Assembly (NCBI GenBank): GCA_964057225.1
Contig: OZ059895.1
Coordinates: 20,026,001 to 20,090,000 of the forward strand
DNA: 64,000 bases
Reading direction: 5' to 3'
Source: Auanema rhodensis
Taxonomy: Eukaryota > Animalia > Nematoda
Part shown: positions 1 through 12,285 of the stretch, one piece after another
Position numbering within the stretch: the stretch's first letter is position 1
Layout of the letters: each line of letters opens with the position of its first letter
Program-made: the position numbers and the translations under genes
Notes under the pieces: generated by a model
What the model was told of the DNA's origin: nothing
Database searches by the model: none
Seen by the model: the letters and a program-made list of their open reading frames with translations, nothing else

Positions 1-83
1 AAAGGAATCTAAAAACATCTACTTTTTGCTAAATTATTTTGAAATTTTTCGAAAAAATTTTTGTCAAAATGTTTTTGGAAGCA

Positions 84-111
84 ATGTTGAGTGTACATGG
101 AAACTCAACAT
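84..111. other. Intra-monomer inverted repeat (9-bp stem, 10-nt loop); coordinates for monomer 1
   Basis: ATGTTGAGT (84-92) pairs with ACTCAACAT (103-111). Confidence 0.9.
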
Positions 112-194
112 ACACTAATGCATCATTTTTCAAACGATCATAACTAATTTCTGTATTGAGCTTTTCTCAATGTAGTATAGTGCATTCGATGCGG

Positions 195-245
195 ATTTTT
201 AAGCTGCGTCGATCTGTGTTATCAGATTTGCGCTAGCTTAAAAAT
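195..245. other. Intra-monomer inverted repeat (51-bp imperfect hairpin); coordinates for monomer 1, present throughout the array
   Basis: ATTTTTAAGCT (195-205) is the exact reverse complement of AGCTTAAAAAT (235-245). Inner pairs are GCG/CGC and ATCTG (212-216)/CAGAT (223-227), around a TGTTAT loop. Confidence 0.9.
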
Positions 246-3200
246 GCACCGAGATATCAACTGATATATGTTCACACTTATATCCTCGATTTTCACCCTG
301 AAGAAATTATTTTTTCGTTGAATAACATTGTCCATCGTCTTTGCTTTGAAAAAAGGAATCTAAAAACATCTACTTTTTGCTAAATTATTTTGAAATTTTT
401 CGAAAAAATTTTTGTCAAAATGTTTTTGGAAGCAATGTTGAGTGTACATGGAAACTCAACATACACTAATGCATCATTTTTCAAACGATCATAACTAATT
501 TTTGTATTAAGCGTTTCTCAATGTAGTATAGTGCATTCGATGCGGATTTTTAAGCTGCGTCGATCTGTGTTATCAGATTTGCGCTAGCTTAAAAATGCAC
601 CGAGATATCAACTGATATAAGTTCACACTTAGATCCTCGATTTTCACCCTGAAGAATTAATTTTTTCGTTGAATAACAATGTCCATCGTCTTTGCCTTGA
701 GAAAAGGAATCTAAAAACATCTACTTTTCGCTAAATTATTCTGAAATTTTTCGAAAAAATTTTTGTCAAAATGTTTTTGGAAGCAATGTTGAGTGTACAT
801 GGAAACTCAACATACACTAATGCATCATTTTTCAAACGATCATAACTAATTTCTGTATTGAGCTTTTCTCAATGTAGTATAGTGCATTCGATGCGGATTT
901 TTAAGCTGCGTCGATCTGTGTTATCAGATTTGCGCTAGCTTAAAAATGCACCGAGATATCAACTGATATATGTTCACACTTATATCCTCGATTTTCACCC
1001 TGAAGAAATTATTTTTTCGTTGAATAACATTGTCCATCGTCTTTGCTTTGAAAAAAGGAATCTAAAAACATCTACTTTTTGCTAAATTATTTTGAAATTT
1101 TTCGAAAAAATTTTTGTCAAAATGTTTTTGGAAGCAATGTTGAGTGTACATGGAAACTCAACATACACTAATGCATCATTTTTCAAACGATCATAACTAA
1201 TTTTTGTATTAAGCGTTTCTCAATGTAGTATAGTGCATTCGATGCGGATTTTTAAGCTGCGTCGATCTGTGTTATCAGATTTGCGCTAGCTTAAAAATGC
1301 ACCGAGATATCAACTGATATAAGTTCACACTTATATCCTCGATTTTCACCCCGAAGAATTAATTTTTTCGTTAAATAACATTGTCCATCGTCTTTGCCTT
1401 GAAAAAAGGAATCTAAAAACATCTACTTTTTGCTAAATTATTTTGAAATTTTTCGAAAAAATTTTTGTCAAAATGTTTTTGGAAGCAATGTTGAGTGTAC
1501 ATGGAAACTCAACATACACTAATGCATCATTTTTCAAACGATCATAACTAATTTCTGTATTGAGCTTTTCTCAATGTAGTATAGTGCATTCGATGCGGAT
1601 TTTTAAGCTGCGTCGATCTGTGTTATCAGATTTGCGCTAGCTTAAAAATGCACCGAGATATCAACTGATATATGTTCACACTTATATCCTCGATTTTCAC
1701 CCTGAAGAAATTATTTTTTCGTTGAATAACATTGTCCATCGTCTTTGCTTTGAAAAAAGGAATCTAAAAACATCTACTTTTTGCTAAATTATTTTGAAAT
1801 TTTTCGAAAAAATTTTTGTCAAAATGTTTTTGGAAGCAATGTTGAGTGTACATGGAAACTCAACATACACTAATGCATCATTTTTCAAACGATCATAACT
1901 AATTTTTGTATTAAGCGTTTCTCAATGTAGTATAGTGCATTCGATGCGGATTTTTAAGCTGCGTCGATCTGTGTTATCAGATTTGCGCTAGCTTAAAAAT
2001 GCACCGAGATATCAACTGATATAAGTTCACACTTAGATCCTCGATTTTCACCCTGAAGAATTAATTTTTTCGTTGAATAACAATGTCCATCGTCTTTGCC
2101 TTGAGAAAAGGAATCTAAAAACATCTACTTTTCGCTAAATTATTCTGAAATTTTTCGAAAAAATTTTTGTCAAAATGTTTTTGGAAGCAATGTTGAGTGT
2201 ACATGGAAACTCAACATACACTAATGCATCATTTTTCAAACGATCATAACTAATTTCTGTATTGAGCTTTTCTCAATGTAGTATAGTGCATTCGATGCGG
2301 ATTTTTAAGCTGCGTCGATCTGTGTTATCAGATTTGCGCTAGCTTAAAAATGCACCGAGATATCAACTGATATAAGTTCACACTTAGATCCTCGATTTTC
2401 ACCCTGAAGAATTAATTTTTTCGTTAAATAACATTGTCCATCGTCTTTGCCTTGAAAAAAGGAATCTAAAAACATCTACTTTTTGCTAAATTATTTTGAA
2501 ATTTTTCGAAAAAATTTTTGTCAAAATGTTTTTGGAAGCAATGTTGAGTGTACATGGAAACTCAACATACACTAATGCATCATTTTTCAAACGATCATAA
2601 CTAATTTCTGTATTGAGCTTTTCTCAATGTAGTATAGTGCATTCGATGCGGATTTTTAAGCTGCGTCGATCTGTGTTATCAGATTTGCGCTAGCTTAAAA
2701 ATGCACCGAGATATCAACTGATATATGTTCACACTTATATCCTCGATTTTCACCCTGAAGAAATTATTTTTTCGTTGAATAACATTGTCCATCGTCTTTG
2801 CTTTGAAAAAAGGAATCTAAAAACATCTACTTTTTGCTAAATTATTTTGAAATTTTTCGAAAAAATTTTTGTCAAAATGTTTTTGGAAGCAATGTTGAGT
2901 GTACATGGAAACTCAACATACACTAATGCATCATTTTTCAAACGATCATAACTAATTTTTGTATTAAGCGTTTCTCAATGTAGTATAGTGCATTCGATGC
3001 GGATTTTTAAGCTGCGTCGATCTGTGTTATCAGATTTGCGCTAGCTTAAAAATGCACCGAGATATCAACTGATATAAGTTCACACTTATATCCTCGATTT
3101 TCACCCCGAAGAATTAATTTTTTCGTTAAATAACATTGTCCATCGTCTTTGCCTTGAAAAAAGGAATCTAAAAACATCTACTTTTTGCTAAATTATTTTG

Positions 3201-6200
3201 AAATTTTTCGAAAAAATTTTTGTCAAAATGTTTTTGGAAGCAATGTTGAGTGTACATGGAAACTCAACATACACTAATGCATCATTTTTCAAACGATCAT
3301 AACTAATTTCTGTATTGAGCTTTTCTCAATGTAGTATAGTGCATTCGATGCGGATTTTTAAGCTGCGTCGATCTGTGTTATCAGATTTGCGCTAGCTTAA
3401 AAATGCACCGAGATATCAACTGATATATGTTCACACTTATATCCTCGATTTTCACCCTGAAGAAATTATTTTTTCGTTGAATAACATTGTCCATCGTCTT
3501 TGCTTTGAAAAAAGGAATCTAAAAACATCTACTTTTTGCTAAATTATTTTGAAATTTTTCGAAAAAATTTTTGTCAAAATGTTTTTGGAAGCAATGTTGA
3601 GTGTACATGGAAACTCAACATACACTAATGCATCATTTTTCAAACGATCATAACTAATTTTTGTATTAAGCGTTTCTCAATGTAGTATAGTGCATTCGAT
3701 GCGGATTTTTAAGCTGCGTCGATCTGTGTTATCAGATTTGCGCTAGCTTAAAAATGCACCGAGATATCAACTGATATAAGTTCACACTTAGATCCTCGAT
3801 TTTCACCCTGAAGAATTAATTTTTTCGTTGAATAACAATGTCCATCGTCTTTGCCTTGAGAAAAGGAATCTAAAAACATCTACTTTTCGCTAAATTATTC
3901 TGAAATTTTTCGAAAAAATTTTTGTCAAAATGTTTTTGGAAGCAATGTTGAGTGTACATGGAAACTCAACATACACTAATGCATCATTTTTCAAACGATC
4001 ATAACTAATTTCTGTATTGAGCTTTTCTCAATGTAGTATAGTGCATTCGATGCGGATTTTTAAGCTGCGTCGATCTGTGTTATCAGATTTGCGCTAGCTT
4101 AAAAATGCACCGAGATATCAACTGATATATGTTCACACTTATATCCTCGATTTTCACCCTGAAGAAATTATTTTTTCGTTGAATAACATTGTCCATCGTC
4201 TTTGCTTTGAAAAAAGGAATCTAAAAACATCTACTTTTTGCTAAATTATTTTGAAATTTTTCGAAAAAATTTTTGTCAAAATGTTTTTGGAAGCAATGTT
4301 GAGTGTACATGGAAACTCAACATACACTAATGCATCATTTTTCAAACGATCATAACTAATTTTTGTATTAAGCGTTTCTCAATGTAGTATAGTGCATTCG
4401 ATGCGGATTTTTAAGCTGCGTCGATCTGTGTTATCAGATTTGCGCTAGCTTAAAAATGCACCGAGATATCAACTGATATAAGTTCACACTTAGATCCTCG
4501 ATTTTCACCCTGAAGAATTAATTTTTTCGTTGAATAACAATGTCCATCGTCTTTGCCTTGAGAAAAGGAATCTAAAAACATCTACTTTTCGCTAAATTAT
4601 TCTGAAATTTTTCGAAAAAATTTTTGTCAAAATGTTTTTGGAAGCAATGTTGAGTGTACATGGAAACTCAACATACACTAATGCATCATTTTTCAAACGA
4701 TCATAACTAATTTCTGTATTGAGCTTTTCTCAATGTAGTATAGTGCATTCGATGCGGATTTTTAAGCTGCGTCGATCTGTGTTATCAGATTTGCGCTAGC
4801 TTGAAAATGCACCGAGATATCAACTGATATATGTTCACACTTATATCCTCGATTTTCACCCTGAAGAAATTATTTTTTCGTTGAATAACATTGTCCATCG
4901 TCTTTGCTTTGAAAAAAGGAATCTAAAAACATCTACTTTTTGCTAAATTATTTTGAAATTTTTCGAAAAAATTTTTGTCAAAATGTTTTTGGAAGCAATG
5001 TTGAGTGTACATGGAAACTCAACATACACTAATGCATCATTTTTCAAACGATCATAACTAATTTTTGTATTAAGCGTTTCTCAATGTAGTATAGTGCATT
5101 CGATGCGGATTTTTAAGCTGCGTCGATCTGTGTTATCAGATTTGCGCTAGCTTAAAAATGCACCGAGATATCAACTGATATAAGTTCACACTTAGATCCT
5201 CGATTTTCACCCTGAAGAATTAATTTTTTCGTTGAATAACAATGTCCATCGTCTTTGCCTTGAGAAAAGGAATCTAAAAACATCTACTTTTTGCTAAATT
5301 ATTCTGAAATTTTTCGAAAAAATTTTTGTCAAAATGTTTTTGGAAGCAATGTTGAGTGTACATGGAAACTCAACATACACTAATGCATCATTTTTCAAAC
5401 GATCATAACTAATTTCTGTATTGAGCTTTTCTCAATGTAGTATAGTGCATTCGATGCGGATTTTTAAGCTGCGTCGATCTGTGTTATCAGATTTGCGCTA
5501 GCTTAAAAATGCACCGAGATATCAACTGATATATGTTCACACTTATATCCTCGATTTTCACCCTGAAGAAATTATTTTTTCGTTGAATAACATTGTCCAT
5601 CGTCTTTGCTTTGAAAAAAGGAATCTAAAAACATCTACTTTTTGCTAAATTATTTTGAAATTTTTCGAAAAAATTTTTGTCAAAATGTTTTTGGAACCAA
5701 TGTTGAGTGTACATGGAAACTCAACATACACTAATGCATCATTTTTCAAACGATCATAACTAATTTTTGTATTAAGCGTTTCTCAATGTAGTATAGTGCA
5801 TTCGATGCGGATTTTTAAGCTGCGTCGATCTGTGTTATCAGATTTGCGCTAGCTTAAAAATGCACCGAGATATCAACTGATATAAGTTCACACTTAGATC
5901 CTCGATTTTCACCCTGAAGAATTAATTTTTTCGTTGAATAACAATGTCCATCGTCTTTGCCTTGAGAAAAGAAATCTAAAAACATCTACTTTTTGCTAAA
6001 TTATTCTGAAATTTTTCGAAAAAATTTTTGTCAAAATGTTTTTGGAAGCAATGTTGAGTGTACATGGAAACTCAACATACACTAATGCATCATTTTTCAA
6101 ACGATCATAACTAATTTTTGTATTAAGCGTTTCTCAATGTAGTATAGTGCATTCGATGCGGATTTTTAAGCTGCGTCGATCTGTGTTATCAGATTTGCGC

Positions 6201-7371
6201 TAGCTTAAAAATGCACCGAGATATCAACTGATATAAGTTCACACTTATATCCTCGATTTTCACCCTGAAGAATTAATTTTTTCGTTGAATAGCATTGTCC
6301 ATCGTCTTTGCCTTGAAAAAAGGAATCTAAAAACATCTACTTTTTGCTAAATTATTTTGAAATTTTTCGAAAAAATTTATGTCAAAATGTTTTTGGAAGC
6401 AATGTTGAGTGTACATGGAAACTCAACATACACTAATGCATCATTTTTCAAACGATCATAACTAATTTCTGTATTGAGCTTTTCTCAATGTAGTATAGTG
6501 CATTCGATGCGGATTTTTAAGCTGCGTCGATCTGTGTTATCAGATTTGCGCTAGCTTAAAAATGCACCGAGATATCAACTGATATATGTTCACACTTATA
6601 TCCTCGATTTTCACCCTGAAGAAATTATTTTTTCGTTGAATAACATTGTCCATCGTCTTTGCTTTGAAAAAAGGAATCTAAAAACATCTACTTTTTGCTA
6701 AATTATTTTGAAATTTTTCGAAAAAATTTTTGTCAAAATGTTTTTGGAAGCAATGTTGAGTGTACATGGAAACTCAACATACACTAATGCATCATTTTTC
6801 AACCGATCATAACTAATTTTTGTATCAAGCGTTTCTCAATGTAGTATAGTGCATTCGATGCGGATTTTCAAGCTGCGTCGATCTGTGTTATCAGATTTGC
6901 GCTAGCTTAAAAATGCACCGAGATATCAACTGATATATGTTCACACTTATATCCTCGATTTTCACCCTGAAGAAATTATTTTTTCGTTGAATAACATTGT
7001 CCATCGTCTTTGCTTTGAAAAAAGGAATCTAAAAACATCTACTTTTTGCTAAATTATTTTGAAATTTTTCGAAAAAATTTTTGTCAAAATGTTTTTGGAA
7101 GCAATGTTGAGTGTACATGGAAACTCAACATACACTAATGCATCATTTTTCAAACGATCATAACTAATTTTTGTATTAAGCGTTTCTCAATGTAGTATAG
7201 TGCATTCGATGCGGATTTTTAAGCTGCGTCGATCTGTGTTATCAGATTTGCGCTAGCTTAAAAATGCACCGAGATATCAACTGATATAAGTTCACACTTA
7301 GATCCTCGATTTTCACCCTGAAGAATTAATTTTTTCGTTGAATAACATTGTCCATCGTCTTTGCCTTGAAA

Positions 7372-10300
7372 AAAGGAATCTAAAAACATTAACTTTTTGC
7401 TAAATTATTTTGAAATTTTTCGAAAAAATTTTTGTCAAAATGTTTTTGGAAACAATGTTGAGTGTACATGGAAACTCAACATACACTAATGCATCATTTT
7501 GCAAACGATCATAACTAATTTCTGTATTGAGCGTTTCTCAATGTAGTATAGTGCATTCGATGCGGATTTTTAAGCTGCATCGATCTGTGTTTTCAGATTT
7601 GCGCTAGCTTAAAAATGCACCGAGATATCAACTGATATAAGTTCACACTTACATCCTCGATTTTCACCCTGAAGAATTAATTTTTCCGTTGAATAACATT
7701 GTCCATCGTCTTTGCCTTGAAAAAAAAAATCTGAAAACATCTACTTTTTGCTAAATTATTTTGAAATTTTTCGAAAAAATTTTTGTCAAAATGTTTTTGG
7801 AAGCAATGTTGAGTGTACATGGAAACTCAACATACACTAATGCATCATTTTTCAAACGATCATAACTTATTTATGTATTGAGCGTTTCTCAATGTAGTAT
7901 AGTGCATTCGATGCGGATTTTCAAGCTGCGTCGATCTGTGTTATCAGATTTGCGCTAGCTTAAAAATGCACCGAGATATCAACTGATATAAGTTCACACA
8001 TATATCCTCGATTTTCACCCTGAAGAATTAATTTTTTCGTTGAAAAACATTGTCCATCGTCTTTGCCTTGAAAAAAGGAATCTAAAAACATCTACTTTTT
8101 GCTGAATTATTTTGAAATTTTTCGAAAAAATTTTTGTCAAAATGTTTTTGGAAGCAATATTGAGTGTACATGGAAACTCAACATACACTAATGCATCATT
8201 TTTCAAACGATCATAACTAATTTTTGTATTGAGCGTTTCTCAATGTATTATAGTGCATTCGATGCGGATTTTTAAGCTGCGTCGATCTGTGTTATCAGAT
8301 TTGCGCTAGCTTAAAAATGCACCGAGATATCAACTGATATATGTTCACACTTATATCCTCGATTTTCACCCTGAAGAAATTATTTTTTCGTTGAATAACA
8401 TTGTCCATCGTCTTTGCCTTGAAAAAAGGAATCTAAAAACATCTTCTTTTTGCTAAATTATTTTGAAATTTTTCGAAAAAATTTTTGTCAAAATGTTTTT
8501 GGAAGCAATGTTGAGTGTACATGGAAACTCAACATACACTAATGCATCATTTTTCAAACGATCATAACTAATTTTTGTATTGAGCGTTTCTCAATGTAGT
8601 ATAGTGCATTCGATGCGGATTTTTAAGCTGCGTCGATCTGTGTTATCAGATTTGCGCTAGCTTAAAAATGCACCGAGATATCAACTGATATATGTTCACA
8701 CTTATATCCTCGATTTTCACCCTGAAGAAATTATTTTTTCGTTGAATAACATTGTCCATCGTTTTTGCCTTGAAAAACGGAATCTAAAAACATCTACTTC
8801 TTGCTAAATTATTCTGAAATTTTTCGAAAAAATTTTTGTCAAAATGTTTTTGGAAGCAATGTTGAGTGTACATGGAAACTCAACATACACTAATGCATCA
8901 TTTTTCAAACGATCATAACTAATTTTTGTATTAAGCGTTTCTCAATGTAGTATAGTGCATTCGATGCGGATTTTTAAGCTGCGTCGATCTGTGTTATCAG
9001 ATTTGCGCTAGCTTAAAAATGCACCGAGATATCAACTGATATAAGTTCACACTTATATCCTCGATTTTCACCCTGAAGAATTAATTTTTTCGTTGAATAA
9101 CATTGTCCATCGTCTTTGCCTTGAAAAAAGGAATCTAAAAACATCTACTTTTTGCTGAATTATTTTGAAATTTTTCGAAAAAATTTTTGTCAAAATGTTT
9201 TTGGAAGCAATATTGAGTGTACATGGAAACTCAACATACACTAATGCATCATTTTTCAAACGATCATAACTAATTTTTGTATTGAGCGTTTCTCAATGTA
9301 TTATAGTGCATTCGATGCGGATTTTTAAGCTGCGTCGATCTGTGTTATCAGATTTGCGCTAGCTTAAAAATGCACCGAGATATCAACTGATATATGTTCA
9401 CACTTATATCCTCGATTTTCACCCTGAAGAAATTATTTTTTCGTTGAATAACATTGTCCATCGTTTTTGCCTTGAAAAACGGAATCTAAAAACATCTACT
9501 TCTTGCTAAATTATTCTGAAATTTTTCGAAAAAATTTTTGTCAAAATGTTTTTGGAAGCAATGTTGAGTGTACATGGAAACTCAACATACACTAATGCAT
9601 CATTTTTCAAACGATCATAACTAATTTTTGTATTAAGCGTTTCTCAATGTAGTATAGTGCATTCGATGCGGATTTTTAAGCTGCGTCGATCTGTGTTATC
9701 AGATTTGCGCTAGCTTAAAAATGCACCGAGATATCAACTGATATATGTTCACACTTATATCCTCGATTTTCACCCTGAAGAATTATTTTTTTCGTTGAAT
9801 AACATTGTCCATCGTCTTTGCCTTGAAAAAAGGAATCTAAAAACATTAACTTTTTGCTAAATTATTTTGAAATTTTTCGAAAAAATTTTTGTCAAAATGT
9901 TTTTGGAAACAATGTTGAGTGTACATGGAAACTCAACATACACTAATGCATCATTTTGCAAACGATCATAACTAATTTCTGTATTGAGCGTTTCTCAATG
10001 TAGTATAGTGCATTCGATGCGGATTTTTAAGCTGCATCGATCTGTGTTTTCAGATTTGCGCTAGCTTAAAAATGCACCGAGATATCAACTGATATAAGTT
10101 CACACTTACATCCTCGATTTTCACCCTGAAGAATTAATTTTTCCGTTGAATAACATTGTCCATCGTCTTTGCCTTGAAAAAAAAAATCTGAAAACATCTA
10201 CTTTTTGCTAAATTATTTTGAAATTTTTCGAAAAAATTTTTGTCAAAATGTTTTTGGAAGCAATGTTGAGTGTACATGGAAACTCAACATACACTAATGC

Positions 10301-12285
10301 ATCATTTTTCAAACGATCATAACTTATTTATGTATTGAGCGTTTCTCAATGTAGTATAGTGCATTCGATGCGGATTTTCAAGCTGCGTCGATCTGTGTTA
10401 TCAGATTTGCGCTAGCTTAAAAATGCACCGAGATATCAACTGATATAAGTTCACACATATATCCTCGATTTTCACCCTGAAGAATTAATTTTTTCGTTGA
10501 AAAACATTGTCCATCGTCTTTGCCTTGAAAAAAGGAATCTAAAAACATCTACTTTTTGCTGAATTATTTTGAAATTTTTCGAAAAAATTTTTGTCAAAAT
10601 GTTTTTGGAAGCAATATTGAGTGTACATGGAAACTCAACATACACTAATGCATCATTTTTCAAACGATCATAACTAATTTTTGTATTGAGCGTTTCTCAA
10701 TGTATTATAGTGCATTCGATGCGGATTTTTAAGCTGCGTCGATCTGTGTTATCAGATTTGCGCTAGCTTAAAAATGCACCGAGATATCAACTGATATATG
10801 TTCACACTTATATCCTCGATTTTCACCCTGAAGAAATTATTTTTTCGTTGAATAACATTGTCCATCGTCTTTGCCTTGAAAAAAGGAATCTAAAAACATC
10901 TTCTTTTTGCTAAATTATTTTGAAATTTTTCGAAAAAATTTTTGTCAAAATGTTTTTGGAAGCAATGTTGAGTGTACATGGAAACTCAACATACACTAAT
11001 GCATCATTTTTCAAACGATCATAACTAATTTTTGTATTGAGCGTTTCTCAATGTAGTATAGTGCATTCGATGCGGATTTTTAAGCTGCGTCGATCTGTGT
11101 TATCAGATTTGCGCTAGCTTAAAAATGCACCGAGATATCAACTGATATATGTTCACACTTATATCCTCGATTTTCACCCTGAAGAAATTATTTTTTCGTT
11201 GAATAACATTGTCCATCGTTTTTGCCTTGAAAAACGGAATCTAAAAACATCTACTTCTTGCTAAATTATTCTGAAATTTTTCGAAAAAATTTTTGTCAAA
11301 ATGTTTTTGGAAGCAATGTTGAGTGTACATGGAAACTCAACATACACTAATGCATCATTTTTCAAACGATCATAACTAATTTTTGTATTAAGCGTTTCTC
11401 AATGTAGTATAGTGCATTCGATGCGGATTTTTAAGCTGCGTCGATCTGTGTTATCAGATTTGCGCTAGCTTAAAAATGCACCGAGATATCAACTGATATA
11501 AGTTCACACTTATATCCTCGATTTTCACCCTGAAGAATTAATTTTTTCGTTGAATAACATTGTCCATCGTCTTTGCCTTGAAAAAAGGAATCTAAAAACA
11601 TCTACTTTTTGCTGAATTATTTTGAAATTTTTCGAAAAAATTTTTGTCAAAATGTTTTTGGAAGCAATATTGAGTGTACATGGAAACTCAACATACACTA
11701 ATGCATCATTTTTCAAACGATCATAACTAATTTTTGTATTGAGCGTTTCTCAATGTATTATAGTGCATTCGATGCGGATTTTTAAGCTGCGTCGATCTGT
11801 GTTATCAGATTTGCGCTAGCTTAAAAATGCACCGAGATATCAACTGATATATGTTCACACTTATATCCTCGATTTTCACCCTGAAGAAATTATTTTTTCG
11901 TTGAATAACATTGTCCATCGTTTTTGCCTTGAAAAACGGAATCTAAAAACATCTACTTCTTGCTAAATTATTCTGAAATTTTTCGAAAAAATTTTTGTCA
12001 AAATGTTTTTGGAAGCAATGTTGAGTGTACATGGAAACTCAACATACACTAATGCATCATTTTTCAAACGATCATAACTAATTTTTGTATTAAGCGTTTC
12101 TCAATGTAGTATAGTGCATTCGATGCGGATTTTTAAGCTGCGTCGATCTGTGTTATCAGATTTGCGCTAGCTTAAAAATGCACCGAGATATCAACTGATA
12201 TAAGTTCACACTTATATCCTCGATTTTCACCCTGAAGAAATTATTTTTTCGTTGAATAACATTGTCCATCGTCTTTGCCTTGAAA
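7372..12285. repeat. 7-mer (2457-bp) tandem duplication, 2 copies
   Basis: Private variants repeat at exactly +2457: CATTAAC at 7387/9844, AAAAACGG at 8778/11235 and 9480/11937, and the ORF-creating SNP monomers at 8015/10472 and 9068/11525. Confidence 0.93.

Larger units (their letters stand above)
1..6318. repeat. Dimer-based (702-bp) HOR zone with 4-mer and 5-mer variants
   Basis: Type X monomers (TTCTGTATTGAGCTTTT, TATATG, GAAATTAT, GCTTTG) alternate with type Y (TTTGTATTAAGCGTTT, TATAAG, GAATTAAT, GCCTTG). The marker TTGAGAAAAG is at 701, 2105, 3860, 4562, 5264 and 5966 (spacings 1404, 1755, 702, 702, 702). CACCCCG is at 1352 and 3107 (spacing 1755). Confidence 0.85.

Noticed and set aside
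313-329. CENP-B box-like TTTCGTTGAATAACATT
   Set aside because: It matches only the TTCG half of the NTTCGNNNNANNCGGGN motif, and the essential CGGG is absent.
1-351. 5S rRNA, tRNA, snRNA or spliced-leader tandem gene unit
   Set aside because: I recognise no 5S, tRNA cloverleaf or snRNA sequence. The hairpins alone do not support an ncRNA call. An Infernal/Rfam scan would settle it.
1-351. Assignment to a named satellite such as Drosophila 1.688 (359 bp) or Tribolium TCAST (~360 bp)
   Set aside because: Only length and AT content are similar. I cannot recognise sequence identity, so a BLAST or Dfam search is needed.
1-351. Monomer as an ancient dimer of ~175-bp subunits
   Set aside because: No convincing alignment between the two halves is visible by eye beyond the A/T tracts.
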